A stretch of 64,000 bases of DNA from Escherichia phage Ec_Makalu_002: sequence record MN709127.1. One strand, 5' to 3'. Below, in pieces: positions 33,812 to 44,904 of this stretch. Each line of letters begins with the position of its first letter. The stretch's first letter is position 1. The notes beneath the pieces are model-generated. The model worked only from the letters and a program-made list of their open reading frames with translations. It searched no databases and had not been told where the DNA came from. A program made the translations under genes and the position numbers.

Positions 33812-35611
33812 ATGCTAATGTTTAATAACTCCGTTAAATGGTTTACCGGAATTGTGGAAAATAGGGAAGACCCGTTAATGTTAGGCCGAGTTCAGGTCAG
33901 GATTCATGGTATACATCCTTCGCTATCCGCACACGGTGACATTCAAGGTCTTCCAACCGAAGATCTATTATGGATTACGCCAGTGCAGGATATTACTAGC
34001 GCGGCGATATCAGGTATCGGACAAAGCCCTACTGGTATTGTTGAAGGTTCAATGGTATTTGGTTTGGCCTTAGATGAACGTTATTTAAACTGCGTTATTC
34101 TGGGTACTATTGCCGGACAATATACAGAGAAACCACTCACTACAGAAGGTTTTTGCGACCCTTCTGGTGCATACCCGCGCTATATTGGTAATGATGTTAA
34201 TATTCTTGCCCGTGGCGGCATTAACCCAGAAACCGGACAAACAACAAAACCTGATAGTGTCTATATTCGAGATGAAAACACTGGAGTTGCAGTAAATCCA
34301 GACGACGAGCCATTAGATCAAATTCCGGTTGATGATAATCCTGATTTTACAATAGAAAAAATGCTGCGGGGCGATGAGGGATATCGCGAGAAATGGTATC
34401 TTGATTCAGAAGGATATCCGACAATAGGCATCGGGCATTTGATCATTTATAAGAAAACCAGTGATCTGGGTATTATCAATAATGAACTTTCTAAGCTGGT
34501 AGGGCGTGAAGTTACAAACGGAAGACTTACCGCCGAAGAAGTTAGCAAAGTATTTGCTGACGATATAGAAAAAACTCGTCGTGATATGCGCAAACATCCA
34601 CGAATTGCACCTGTCTATAATAAATGTAATGCTTCTCGTCGTATGGCATTAGAAAATATGGCGTTTCAAATGGGTGTTGGTGGATTGGGTAAATTTAAGA
34701 ATAGTCTTGCTGCAATGCTGGCGGAAGAATGGAAACAAGCCTATGATGGATTACGTCAATCAGTATGGGCTAATCAAACTCCGGGACGCTCCAGCCGTGT
34801 TTCTAAAATTATTCTTACTGGCAACTTAGAATCCTATGGCGTAATTGCTCCTAAGAAAGAGGAATCTGTTTCCGATGATCCGCGAGCACGTTTGAGAAAT
34901 GCCCGTATTGCTGCCTATAAGACGCAGAGAGCAGAAGAAGACCCAGAAGCACCGTTTACCCCACAAGACACACGAATCATGTTTAAAGAGCCTAAGAGTT
35001 CGTATTCTGCAAGATATCCATATAACCACGTATACGAATCAGAGAGCGGTCATATTATCGAGATTGATGATACTCCTTCTCATGAGCGGTATCATCGTAA
35101 ACATCCTTCTGGTACATTTGAAGAAACCAGACCGGACGGAACGAGGGTAGAAAAGATTGAAGGTGATGATTATTTGATCGTTAAGCAAGGCCGCAAAGTC
35201 AACGTTAAAGGCAATCTGCAAGTTGTTGTTGAAGGTGACGCGCAAGTTTATTATATGGGTAATGTGATGCAAACCGTTGATGGTAACGTCACTGAATTTA
35301 TTCGTGGTAATGTTAATCAGACAGTTGAAGGTACAGCTAATATGCATGTTGTCGGTGATGTTACCGCGCAACTTGACGCTAATTTGACGGCTAACGTCAA
35401 GGGCAATGCTGAATTAATGATCGAGGGTAACACTACCGAGACAATTAAAGGTAACTATGATTTAACCGTTGAAGGTAATTTTAATATGACCGTCAATGGT
35501 ACTAAATCAGATCAGGTTAATGGTGACTGGTCCCGTAATTGTGGTGCAAGCGTTAAAGATATTGCATCCGGTACAGTTAAAATTGATGGTAGCCGTATTG
35601 ATCTTGGGTGA
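33812..35611 (+). CDS. 5: baseplate hub / tail-associated lysozyme gp5
   Basis: 599 aa; lysozyme core DSEGYPTIGIGHLI; C-terminal VxGxxxxx beta-helix repeats. Confidence 0.9.
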   Translation: MLMFNNSVKWFTGIVENREDPLMLGRVQVRIHGIHPSLSAHGDIQGLPTEDLLWITPVQDITSAAISGIGQSPTGIVEGSMVFGLALDERYLNCVILGTIAGQYTEKPLTTEGFCDPSGAYPRYIGNDVNILARGGINPETGQTTKPDSVYIRDENTGVAVNPDDEPLDQIPVDDNPDFTIEKMLRGDEGYREKWYLDSEGYPTIGIGHLIIYKKTSDLGIINNELSKLVGREVTNGRLTAEEVSKVFADDIEKTRRDMRKHPRIAPVYNKCNASRRMALENMAFQMGVGGLGKFKNSLAAMLAEEWKQAYDGLRQSVWANQTPGRSSRVSKIILTGNLESYGVIAPKKEESVSDDPRARLRNARIAAYKTQRAEEDPEAPFTPQDTRIMFKEPKSSYSARYPYNHVYESESGHIIEIDDTPSHERYHRKHPSGTFEETRPDGTRVEKIEGDDYLIVKQGRKVNVKGNLQVVVEGDAQVYYMGNVMQTVDGNVTEFIRGNVNQTVEGTANMHVVGDVTAQLDANLTANVKGNAELMIEGNTTETIKGNYDLTVEGNFNMTVNGTKSDQVNGDWSRNCGASVKDIASGTVKIDGSRIDLG

Positions 35612-35616
35612 GGTAA

Positions 35617-36186
35617 TTGATGGTTGAAATTCTTCCTATGAGTTCAAAATTGGAGGATATCAGCGAGCGAGAAATCTTTGAGGTGGTGTTCTCTTATAAA
35701 GCAACGCCACCGGATGCAAATACCACATACACGATTAAAGAGTTTAAGATCAGCGAGTATCGCCCTAATAAGGGCGTTACCGTTGAAGAAACTAAAATAT
35801 CTGGTGAGTATCGGGATAGTTTTTCGCTTGGCGCGGATTCTCTTAAATATATAACGAAAGATCGAATTAAAAAATCTGCCGGAAGTTTTGATGATTTACC
35901 AGATCCAACTACAGCAGATCTATATTATTTTAACGCTCCTACACGTCTACAGGAGGTTTATACTTATAAAGTAACCCTAACCTATATCCAATCTGTTTCA
36001 GAGTCTTCTGGCGGTTCCGGTGAAGGAAATAGTGGTGGTTCTAACAGTCGAGAGGGTGCTGGTGAAACTAATCCGCCTCCGGTAGTAACCGAGCACACAA
36101 TAGAGAAAGTTTATACTCAAACCGTTTTTGGAAATTGGGATGTGTGGAGTAAACAGTTAAGAGATTATGTACATAGGGGTGTTTAA
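35617..36186 (+). CDS. 5.1: gp5.1-like hypothetical protein
   Basis: 189 aa; synteny between gene 5 and 5.4. Confidence 0.45.
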   Translation: MMVEILPMSSKLEDISEREIFEVVFSYKATPPDANTTYTIKEFKISEYRPNKGVTVEETKISGEYRDSFSLGADSLKYITKDRIKKSAGSFDDLPDPTTADLYYFNAPTRLQEVYTYKVTLTYIQSVSESSGGSGEGNSGGSNSREGAGETNPPPVVTEHTIEKVYTQTVFGNWDVWSKQLRDYVHRGV

Positions 36187-36479
36187 TGGCTGGATTATCC
36201 TACGATAAAGCTAAAACTACAGGGCACGGAAACTACCCACCTACGGTAATTAATGCAACTCAATCTAAGGTATTTGTTGAGGGTATCCCTGTATTAGTCG
36301 AAGGAGACCCAATTACACCACATACAAAAACAACAAAACCTTATGATACACACGGGGGAACTACGGTCGCCAGTACCCCGAAAGTATTTGTTACCGGAAA
36401 GAAAGCAATTCAAATGGCAGATCGTATTAGCTGTGGCGATACCGTCGCTATGGCATCACCGAAGGTATTCATAAAATGA
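36186..36479 (+). CDS. 5.4: PAAR-repeat baseplate spike tip protein gp5.4
   Basis: 97 aa, same length as T4 gp5.4; PAAR-like Gly/Thr/Val-rich sequence. Confidence 0.7.
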   Translation: MAGLSYDKAKTTGHGNYPPTVINATQSKVFVEGIPVLVEGDPITPHTKTTKPYDTHGGTTVASTPKVFVTGKKAIQMADRISCGDTVAMASPKVFIK

Positions 36480-38380
36480 CAAAGCAAAAGATTACACAAA
36501 TTCCTGATATTTTTAATGCTGCTACATTCGATGAAATTAAAAGCGCATTAACCGACTGGATGAGAAACCAGGAAGAATTTAAAGATTTTGATTTTAATGG
36601 TGCTGGTATTAACGTATTGATGGACTTGCTCGCATATAACACTCTGTATATTCAGCAATTCGCCAACGCCGCGCTATATGAATCTTTTATCAGAACGGCA
36701 ATTAAGCGTAGTTCAGTTGTTCAAGCCGCGCAAGATTTAGGATATTTGCCAGCGAGTAAAACTAGTGCATCGACTACAATTATGTTGCATGTTTCCCATC
36801 CACGAAATCCGGCAAGTATTCGAATCCCACGAGGGACTAAATTTATTGCAAGTGTGGATCGCCAGACTTCTTACCCATTTGTTACTACAGAAGACGTTGT
36901 GAGCGTTTTAGGTTCAAATGGTTTATATACGCCTATGCTTAAAGTCGCACAAGGTCGTATTGTTCGTACAGAAATGTTATTTGATCCGAAGAAACAAATT
37001 CTGATCCGTGACCCTGATATTGACCGCGCTCAGGTTAAATTGTGGGTGGACGGTGCTGAATGGAAAGACTGGACACGAGAAAGTATTGTTAATGCAACTG
37101 GCGCAAGCAATATTTTCTATATGCGTGAAACCGTAGACGGACATACAGAAATTTTCTTTGGTGAAGGTGAATCAACCTTATCTGCGGCTGGCGGGGCGCT
37201 GGAAGCAAATTATATTGGTGGACTTAAGCCGTCAACTGGCGCTAATATTGTTATCGAATATATCAGCACTAAGGGCGCGGAAGCAAACGGTTCAGTTAAT
37301 TTCACATACGCGGATACCCTTGCATCTATCTCTATTGTTAAAATTATTGAGAATCCGACAAATGATCGTGATTATGTCGGTGCAGATGGTGGTGGTGATC
37401 CTGAATCAATCGAACGTATCCGTGAACTTGCTCCGGTAATGCGTGAATCTCAGCGTCGTTGTGTAACTGCTTCCGACTACGAGGCTTTTGTTTCTAGCCG
37501 TTTTGGTAGTATTGTTCAGGCTGTACAATGTTTCACCGACCGAGAAAAACCGGGTTATGCTTTTGTTGCTGTTAAGCCTAAATCTGGCTTGCGTTTGACA
37601 ACTGTTCAAAAAGAAGATATGCGGGATTATCTGGCAAAATATAACCTTGCCCCTATCACACCGAGCATCATTGACCCTAACTATCTGTATATTAAACAGA
37701 ATATTAAAGTTTCCTATTCAATCAATGACTTGTCAGAATCAGAGCAGTGGTTGCGCGGTGCGGTTATTGATCAGATTGATGCATATTATACCGACGAAGT
37801 GGAAATTTTTAACCAGACCTTTAGTAAGTCTAAAATGCTTGCGCGTATTGACAAAGCTGATGTATCTGTGATAGGTTCTAGTGCAGAAATCGAGATGGTG
37901 CGAGAGATCGACAACTTCTATAAAGCACCGATGGCTGGAATCAAGTTTTTAAACCAGTATAAGAGCGGAATCAAGTCTAGTTCATTCAACTTCGAAAAGG
38001 ACGACAAGCAATATCCGATCCATTATGTAAGTACAGAAATGAACAAAGAATCCGGTTTAGCTAAATTGCTGGTTGGACCTTTCCCTGTTGGTTCTGCAAT
38101 CGCTTTACCGCACTATTCCGGCACTGATTTTGATAAAGAGGTTATCGACGGTGCGGACCTATACTTTGAGGTTGGAGAGGTTCAGCATTATGACGACCTT
38201 ATTTCATGGGATCTGGGTAAACTGAATATCAATAGCGATCGCTTTACTGGTTCATATATTGAGTTGACAGCTAAACCGATTGCTGATAACATCTTTACTA
38301 AAGACGGTTCTTTGATCGTGTTTGAAAACGATCTCCGTCCTCAGTACACAACTATTAGTCTGGAGGCAATTGCTCAATGA
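36476..38380 (+). CDS. 6: baseplate wedge protein gp6
   Basis: 634 aa; size and synteny. Confidence 0.8.
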   Translation: MTKQKITQIPDIFNAATFDEIKSALTDWMRNQEEFKDFDFNGAGINVLMDLLAYNTLYIQQFANAALYESFIRTAIKRSSVVQAAQDLGYLPASKTSASTTIMLHVSHPRNPASIRIPRGTKFIASVDRQTSYPFVTTEDVVSVLGSNGLYTPMLKVAQGRIVRTEMLFDPKKQILIRDPDIDRAQVKLWVDGAEWKDWTRESIVNATGASNIFYMRETVDGHTEIFFGEGESTLSAAGGALEANYIGGLKPSTGANIVIEYISTKGAEANGSVNFTYADTLASISIVKIIENPTNDRDYVGADGGGDPESIERIRELAPVMRESQRRCVTASDYEAFVSSRFGSIVQAVQCFTDREKPGYAFVAVKPKSGLRLTTVQKEDMRDYLAKYNLAPITPSIIDPNYLYIKQNIKVSYSINDLSESEQWLRGAVIDQIDAYYTDEVEIFNQTFSKSKMLARIDKADVSVIGSSAEIEMVREIDNFYKAPMAGIKFLNQYKSGIKSSSFNFEKDDKQYPIHYVSTEMNKESGLAKLLVGPFPVGSAIALPHYSGTDFDKEVIDGADLYFEVGEVQHYDDLISWDLGKLNINSDRFTGSYIELTAKPIADNIFTKDGSLIVFENDLRPQYTTISLEAIAQ

Positions 38381-41300
38381 TTAAAGCGCCTAGTGTAACT
38401 AGCTTGACAATAGAAAAATTGTCTGCTAATCAGGCGTATATCACATGGGATGACGTAGGCGAAAACTTCTTTTATTTTGTGGAGTTAGCCGAAACCAGAA
38501 CACGAGACGGGGAGATCATCCCCGTCGATGAGTTAAGCTGGGTAAACCTGGGATATACTGCCGAACAAAACTGGTTTGAGGATAAAAGCCTTTTTCCAGA
38601 ATATTATTACAAGTTTCGTGTAGCAGTAGCCGCAGAAGGATTTGAACAAAGTAAATGGGTTGAGACAGAAGAGTTTCAGACATTTAAAACAAACGCATAT
38701 AATTTTTCTATGATGCGAGAGTTCAACCTTGCAAACGAGTTTATAAAGGAAAAATTTACATACGATAATAGAGAGTATGTCAAGTTTAATACTGACCTGA
38801 TTCAAGCATCATTGATGAAGGAAGATTTTGTCTTTAGTCCTGAATATGCAAACATGACAAATATCTCAAACTACATTGTAGTTGATGAGAACTTTCATGA
38901 AATACAGGATCACATAGAAAAAGTTTGTATTGATATAAACCGCACTATGTTAGCGGAAATGAACGGTGTTTTGTACCTTTTCGAACGGTTCCAGCCGATC
39001 GTGAAAGTGTCAAATGATAAAGGTCAATCATGGAAAGCATACAAGGCTTTTAATGACCGTGTAGGCAATCCGGTTTCCCGTACATGCGTTTATCAGTCTA
39101 AAACCACTACTTACGTTTTAGGATATGATCGAATCTTTTACGGACGACAAGCGAGCGATACTCGATGGAGCGCGGACGATGTTCGATTTAGTGATGACAC
39201 GATCACTTTTGCAAAGGTTGGTGACGAGAACGATTTAGGCTTTGACGTTGAGGTCTTTGGTGTATTTTCCAGATTAACAGGGGACACCACAAAATACGCC
39301 GAAGCTATGGCGTGCAGTGATGACTATTTGTGGGTTGGTGCTAAAGATGTTATTCGCCGGATTCGTCTTAAGAATACTCCAGTTGATACCGTACAGGGTT
39401 CGCCTACGTTTGGCGAAAAAATATTCGATCCTGATGTTATCCGAGTAACAGGAAATGATAAAGCTGTCATTCAGAAAATGGATGTGATCGACGGTAAATT
39501 GCTTGTATTTGTTACTGGTGAAGTTAAACAGCGTTATCAAGATCCAACTAAACCAGAAAACGTTGTTCCGTCAGATGATGCGGGTGTATACTTAATAGGG
39601 AGTGATGGTCTGTCTTTTCAGAGAGTATTTGGCAACACTCCGCAGGAAAGGGAATATATTCAGCACGGGTTCAGTAATATGTCAACCAATGGTGATGAGG
39701 TGTTCATAAGCCATTATAATCATCACTTCGAAAGCATTTTACCTGATCCAGAAACTGCCGCAAAATATGAATTAGGCGAAGCTGTGAAATATTCTCAGGA
39801 GCCAACTTATCTAACTGATAAGAAAATACATCAAACTACTTTCAGAGCAAGTTATGATGATTTGCGTATTTGGGAGTTAGGACCGCAAGCGTATTATAAT
39901 GAGGCTGATTATACATGGATGCGTCGAAACGGTGTCCGTGTGTGGATCACAAATGATAATCGCCCGTTGGTTGTTTATCCAGAGGTTATCTATACTCAAG
40001 AAGTTGATACATCTGGCATTCTTGACCAAAACAGGGTTAACCGAGAGGTTTATGATAAGGGGACAGTGACCTGTTATCTTAACAATGTTAAATTTGAAGG
40101 GTTCAAACAATATGCATCCGGTGTAATGTTCCATAAAAACACGGGAGAGATCATTGGATTCTATCAATTTAATTATCGTGTTCGTGACCAAGTTGGTGTA
40201 TATTGGAAACCTACAAATGTAGCATTTGTTGCTGAATTACAAAATCAGGTTCGAGAGGTTCCCTGGGTTCCTGTTCATTATGACAGAGAGCAAGACCCAG
40301 ATTTACGGCCTTTACTGAATAAGATGACCCCGGATAGCTTTTTGCTTGAGAACGAAAATTTCAGAAAATTCTCTGAATATTATCTGCAATTCTTAAGTGA
40401 TGGTTCAGGAACATATTATAATAAACTAAAAAATCTGATTAAAAACAAATACCCACGCGAGCAAGATGCATATGAGTATCTTTGGCCAGAGATGAACAAA
40501 CGAAACATCTATGCAGATAAAAACAAGCGAGATGCGGTAGTAAGATTCTTCGAATCCCGCAAATCAGATTTTTATTCCACTAAGGGCGTGGAGGCTTCTT
40601 ATAAGTTCTTGTTTAAGTTACTTTATAATGAAGATGTGGAAATTGAGGTTGAATCGCAAGCCGGACTAGAGTATGATATTGTTGTTAGTTCAACGAACAT
40701 TGACGAGGATATCGTAGGTCGCACGATCTATACTCCAACCGGACGGGCTAACGTGACGTATCTTGAAAGGGAATATGAAGGTGGTCGCCTACGCTGGCGA
40801 GTAACCATTCATAACCTGATCGGGCGGTTCGAAGAAGGTCAAGTGATCAAATCAGAGAAAACAGCGTTTGAAGGGATGATCCTTGTTGGTGTACGTGGTA
40901 AAGAGTTGTTGAGTAGTTCAATCGACTATATCAACCGCTCACGAAGCCAATACACCATGAAGATTAAAAGTGCATTACCAGTTTCGCGCTATGCAAATGA
41001 TGTAATGCGATTCGTTCATCCTGTCGGCTTTGGGTTTATCGGTGTTACCCTGCTTACGATGTTCATTAACAGCGGGTTGAGCATGAAGCACACCGAGACT
41101 ATAATTCAATCTCTGAAAAATTATAAGTTTGACAGCGGATTGCCTAGCGTGTATCCTGATCGGGTGGCAGACCTTGACGTTGACGGAAACATTAAGAAAG
41201 ACCCGCTTACCGGAAAAGCATTATATTTGACTTCACCTTTAATCGGTGAAGAATTTCCGGTTCCTCCTGAATATGATCAGGAGAACAGCGAATTGTTCCA

Positions 41301-41463
41301 CGGACTTAAAGCAAGCGAACGAAGATTTGCAATGAGTCCACTGTTTGACCAGTCGGCGGTATCATTCTCTATGTTCCGTGAACTTGTAGATAAACGGTTG
41401 AAGGATAATATAGGGAATCCACGCGATCCGAAGAATCCGACACAGAGGAAAATTAATGGCTAA
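38377..41463 (+). CDS. 7: baseplate wedge initiator gp7
   Basis: 1028 aa (T4 gp7 ~1032); synteny. Confidence 0.85.
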   Translation: MIKAPSVTSLTIEKLSANQAYITWDDVGENFFYFVELAETRTRDGEIIPVDELSWVNLGYTAEQNWFEDKSLFPEYYYKFRVAVAAEGFEQSKWVETEEFQTFKTNAYNFSMMREFNLANEFIKEKFTYDNREYVKFNTDLIQASLMKEDFVFSPEYANMTNISNYIVVDENFHEIQDHIEKVCIDINRTMLAEMNGVLYLFERFQPIVKVSNDKGQSWKAYKAFNDRVGNPVSRTCVYQSKTTTYVLGYDRIFYGRQASDTRWSADDVRFSDDTITFAKVGDENDLGFDVEVFGVFSRLTGDTTKYAEAMACSDDYLWVGAKDVIRRIRLKNTPVDTVQGSPTFGEKIFDPDVIRVTGNDKAVIQKMDVIDGKLLVFVTGEVKQRYQDPTKPENVVPSDDAGVYLIGSDGLSFQRVFGNTPQEREYIQHGFSNMSTNGDEVFISHYNHHFESILPDPETAAKYELGEAVKYSQEPTYLTDKKIHQTTFRASYDDLRIWELGPQAYYNEADYTWMRRNGVRVWITNDNRPLVVYPEVIYTQEVDTSGILDQNRVNREVYDKGTVTCYLNNVKFEGFKQYASGVMFHKNTGEIIGFYQFNYRVRDQVGVYWKPTNVAFVAELQNQVREVPWVPVHYDREQDPDLRPLLNKMTPDSFLLENENFRKFSEYYLQFLSDGSGTYYNKLKNLIKNKYPREQDAYEYLWPEMNKRNIYADKNKRDAVVRFFESRKSDFYSTKGVEASYKFLFKLLYNEDVEIEVESQAGLEYDIVVSSTNIDEDIVGRTIYTPTGRANVTYLEREYEGGRLRWRVTIHNLIGRFEEGQVIKSEKTAFEGMILVGVRGKELLSSSIDYINRSRSQYTMKIKSALPVSRYANDVMRFVHPVGFGFIGVTLLTMFINSGLSMKHTETIIQSLKNYKFDSGLPSVYPDRVADLDVDGNIKKDPLTGKALYLTSPLIGEEFPVPPEYDQENSELFHGLKASERRFAMSPLFDQSAVSFSMFRELVDKRLKDNIGNPRDPKNPTQRKING

Positions 41464-42451
41464 TGAAAATAGTGTGATCTATCGCTCAATCATTACTAGT
41501 AAATTCAGAACGGAAAAACTTCTGAATTTCTATAATTCTGTAGGCGATGGGGCAAATCAAATTACAATTTATGGAACGTTTGGACGTTCGGAGCCGTGGT
41601 CAGAAAACGAAAAAGAGGTGGGCTTTGCCCCACCTTATCCGACCGATTCAACGGCTGGTGTTGTTGACATGTGGACCCATATGATGGGGGCGGTTAAGAT
41701 TAATAAATCACTTCTTGATGCGGTTATCCCTCGTAAAGATTGGGGTGATACCGGACAGGATAACCCGCGCACATTCTTTATCAATGACATTGTTGTTGTC
41801 AACTCAGCACCATATAACCGAACTGATGTTGGTAGCGGCTGGATGGTGTATCGCGTAACCGATGTTCCTGATCGCGGTTACTGCTCGATTTCAAGCATTG
41901 ACGCTAAAGTCGAGTGTTTGAAGTTGGGCGGAAAGTGGACACCTACTCATGAATCAATCGCGCCACCTGTAGGAAAGGGCGATTCTATTGATATGGGTGA
42001 TGGGTATCGTTGGGAATATCTGTACACAATTCCACCTGATGCGGCGATCAACCGTTGCACCAATGAACATATTGTTGTACCGTTCCCCGATGAACTGCGA
42101 CAAGATCCGGCGCGCTGGGGCTACGACAATGTGATCACATGGTATAATGACTATAATCTGCTTTATCGGCTGAAAGTAGTAACTTTGCGTTTTCAGGCTT
42201 ATATGGACTCTGCGCAATTCCCAACTACCGCGTTAGTGGGTAACACTGGTTTCCGTCAGTTAAGCATTATCCTTAACCCATTGGAAAAGAAAGCACGCCC
42301 TAGCGATCCAGACGTTAAAGCGGTTCAAGATAAGTACCGTCCGCAAGACTTAGAGCCACACTCAGGAGAAATGATCTACATGGAAAACCGACAACCTATC
42401 GTTCGGTCATTAGATCAAACAGAACTTGTTTCTGTACTGTTTGAGTTCTAA
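41456..42451 (+). CDS. 8: baseplate wedge protein gp8
   Basis: 331 aa (T4 ~334); synteny. Confidence 0.8.
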   Translation: MANENSVIYRSIITSKFRTEKLLNFYNSVGDGANQITIYGTFGRSEPWSENEKEVGFAPPYPTDSTAGVVDMWTHMMGAVKINKSLLDAVIPRKDWGDTGQDNPRTFFINDIVVVNSAPYNRTDVGSGWMVYRVTDVPDRGYCSISSIDAKVECLKLGGKWTPTHESIAPPVGKGDSIDMGDGYRWEYLYTIPPDAAINRCTNEHIVVPFPDELRQDPARWGYDNVITWYNDYNLLYRLKVVTLRFQAYMDSAQFPTTALVGNTGFRQLSIILNPLEKKARPSDPDVKAVQDKYRPQDLEPHSGEMIYMENRQPIVRSLDQTELVSVLFEF

Positions 42452-42463
42452 GTGTATGATTTA

Positions 42464-42497
42464 AAAGCCAATTCGAGAGAGTTGGCTTTTTCTATTT
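42464..42497 (+). terminator. rho-independent terminator after gene 8
   Basis: Hairpin agccaa-uucgagagag-uuggcu followed by UUUUUCUAUUUU. Confidence 0.6.
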
Positions 42498-42503
42498 TGG
42501 GTG

Positions 42504-42531
42504 TTGACAATCTTGTCTGATAAGGTATAAT
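42504..42531 (+). promoter_or_regulatory. sigma70-like promoter (TTGACA-N16-TATAAT) driving the inserted three-gene island
   Basis: gTTGACAatcttgtctgataaggTATAATg, then RBS GGAGG and ATG at 42561. Confidence 0.6.
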
Positions 42532-42560
42532 GCTCACATCTAAACAACGGAGGATAAATT

Positions 42561-42818
42561 ATGGCACGTCGTAAATTTACAGATAATTGTGAAGCAATTC
42601 AGGTATCCCCTTGCGGTTGGGATGTGATCGCGAACGGTGAAAAGATCGGAGAGATCATCGATCATACTCATTCATCACTAGCCGATTACACCGATGAACT
42701 ATGGGAGGGTATCAACTTCATGAATGACACTAAACGATTCAAGACTATCGACGAAGCTATCTATTTTGTGTATAATCCAACTTTCGGTATGTGGACTGAT
42801 AGAAAATGGCACGCGTAA
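42561..42818 (+). CDS. hypothetical protein (island gene 1)
   Basis: 85 aa; starts MAR; stop overlaps next start. Confidence 0.5.
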   Translation: MARRKFTDNCEAIQVSPCGWDVIANGEKIGEIIDHTHSSLADYTDELWEGINFMNDTKRFKTIDEAIYFVYNPTFGMWTDRKWHA

Positions 42819-43135
42819 ATATTAAACGGCATTATACAATGGGTAAACCAAAACATCCAATGCATAAAGTGTTTTGGGGCTTACATCTTCAAGAAAAATG
42901 GCATGATAACTATTGGTTTTGTGACCATGATAAGAAGTGGCATTCTCAAGATGAAGTTAATGCGATGATGGAACAGGGTATAAAGTTTAATTACTCTAAT
43001 TATGACCATAGCATTACTTGTATTCGAAAAATGAAACGGTTTATTCGAAAGAATCCACAATTTAAAAACTTTGTGTTCTTTATGTCTCATGTTTATTTGG
43101 GGCATAGCGTTACCGTAACAGCAAAGGTTAAATAA
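42806..43135 (+). CDS. hypothetical protein (island gene 2), His/Trp-rich
   Basis: 109 aa; starts MAR; translationally coupled to flanking genes. Confidence 0.5.
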   Translation: MARVNIKRHYTMGKPKHPMHKVFWGLHLQEKWHDNYWFCDHDKKWHSQDEVNAMMEQGIKFNYSNYDHSITCIRKMKRFIRKNPQFKNFVFFMSHVYLGHSVTVTAKVK

Positions 43136-43974
43136 TGGCACGACTTTCCAAACAAGAACAAAAATTACACGATCGGGCAATGGAGCTAATCAATTCAGAC
43201 CGCCCATTGACATATGAAGAAAAGGAGTTTTGCTATAATAACTATCATGGAGATGGTCTAGGTGGTTCCGGTGCATTCTTTACCCCAGAGGGGCTTGCGT
43301 GGGATTTTACCATTGACGCACACTGCACCGGAAAAGTATTAGATTTGTGTGCTGGGATCGGTCGCTTATCTTTCTGTATGTTACATCGATGCAGACCAGA
43401 AAAGATCGTATGCGTCGAACTCAATCCAGAATTTTCGCGGATTGGCAAGCGACTATTACCGGAGGCAGAATGGATCACCAGCGATATATTCGAATTTGAG
43501 TCAAACGAAAAATTCGATGTGGTGATCAGCAATCCACCTTTCGGTAAAATCAATACAACCGACACAAAGGATGTATTTGAATACACAGGCGGCGAATTTG
43601 AATTTAAGGTTATGACGTTAGGCCAGAAGTTTTCCGATGTAGGTTATTTTATTGTTCCTTCTGGTTCCGCTGGGTTTGCGTATTCTGGTAGACCTTATTA
43701 TGATGGATCAGTGAAGTCTAATAAATATCTAAAGTGGAGCAAACAAACTGGTCTTGTGACTTATGCCGGATGTGGGATCGATACATCAATTTATCGCGAT
43801 GAATGGCACTGCACCAACGTTTTAACAGAAGTGGTTGAGGTTCGGTATTACGAGAAAGAAGCCGTAGAAGCGCCTAAATCGCGTCCTAACGAACAAATAG
43901 AAGAAAGTAAGGAGATTACCTTACCAGAACAGGAAAGCGAGTCTGGTACGCTCTCAGACTTGTTTGACATTTAA
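43135..43974 (+). CDS. SAM-dependent methyltransferase with NPPF motif (putative N6-adenine or N-methyl transferase)
   Basis: 279 aa; motif I VLDLCAGIGRLS and motif IV VISNPPFGK. Confidence 0.7.
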   Translation: MARLSKQEQKLHDRAMELINSDRPLTYEEKEFCYNNYHGDGLGGSGAFFTPEGLAWDFTIDAHCTGKVLDLCAGIGRLSFCMLHRCRPEKIVCVELNPEFSRIGKRLLPEAEWITSDIFEFESNEKFDVVISNPPFGKINTTDTKDVFEYTGGEFEFKVMTLGQKFSDVGYFIVPSGSAGFAYSGRPYYDGSVKSNKYLKWSKQTGLVTYAGCGIDTSIYRDEWHCTNVLTEVVEVRYYEKEAVEAPKSRPNEQIEESKEITLPEQESESGTLSDLFDI

Positions 43975-43976
43975 TT

Positions 43977-44006
43977 AAAAGCCGTCCTTGTGGGCGGCTT
44001 TTTTGT
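43977..44006 (+). terminator. rho-independent terminator closing the island
   Basis: Hairpin agccguc-cuugug-ggcggcu followed by UUUUUUG. Confidence 0.6.
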
Positions 44007-44014
44007 ATGTATTT

Positions 44015-44022
44015 TATAAATA
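44015..44022 (+). promoter_or_regulatory. T4-type late promoter (TATAAATA) for gene 9
   Basis: TATAAATA ~28 nt upstream of the gene 9 ATG. Confidence 0.55.
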
Positions 44023-44049
44023 ATACATCATAACATGAGGAATTAAACA

Positions 44050-44904
44050 ATGGCACAAGTTCCAAAGAAAAGAATAGACACAGGTACTGTCGGCAATCCA
44101 TCGACTGGCGATATCTTATATGATGGCGGTAATAAAATTAACGATAACTTTGATTCAATATATGACGCATTTGCTGATCAGCGGTTTAAAGACGTAGACC
44201 ACGGCGTGGGAAGAATGGTTATTCATGCAACCGGATACTATCAGAAACATCCACGTCAAAGCTACGCTGGTTCCGCTGTTGAGATTGGGAGTCTACACGA
44301 TATCGATACAACTCAAGGCGCACTTATTGCTATTCTACCTAAAGCAAAGGTCGGCGAGGGTGTTGTATTCATAAATAGTAACGGTAGCCTTTCAACGACT
44401 ACACCGCTCAATATTCGAACTCAAGCAGGTGATTCTATTAGCGGGTATTCCGGTGATGCTACAATAACACAACCATTTTCAAAAGTCACTGTTTGGTGTA
44501 CTGCCGTTGAAGGTAGTCGCGTAACGTGGCGATTGGGTATCGAAAGTATGTTTACCGATACAACAACGCCATTGGATAAAACAGTTAACGTAACTGGAGT
44601 AGCAACAAACGTTGCTATTGCCGCAAAAACAGAATACGTTTCCATCAAATTATTAACTACCGCTAGCAATACATCCGGTTCAAAAATGCGTTCAAGTGAA
44701 ACGCTACTGATGATTGATTCTAAAGCCGGAAAAGTTTATGCGACGGAATATGCAGTTTTGCAGAAGACAGAAGATGAACTATACACGGTTCGTTATTTCA
44801 TCGGTTCCGGCGATAAAGTATATGCAGAGTATAAGGCTACTGGCGAAAATATTCGTTTAGCAGTTAAAGCCGTAGACACTATTAAAATCGGGGTTGCTAC
44901 ATGA
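44050..44904 (+). CDS. 9: baseplate wedge / long tail fiber socket protein gp9
   Basis: 284 aa (T4 288); synteny. Confidence 0.8.
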   Translation: MAQVPKKRIDTGTVGNPSTGDILYDGGNKINDNFDSIYDAFADQRFKDVDHGVGRMVIHATGYYQKHPRQSYAGSAVEIGSLHDIDTTQGALIAILPKAKVGEGVVFINSNGSLSTTTPLNIRTQAGDSISGYSGDATITQPFSKVTVWCTAVEGSRVTWRLGIESMFTDTTTPLDKTVNVTGVATNVAIAAKTEYVSIKLLTTASNTSGSKMRSSETLLMIDSKAGKVYATEYAVLQKTEDELYTVRYFIGSGDKVYAEYKATGENIRLAVKAVDTIKIGVAT

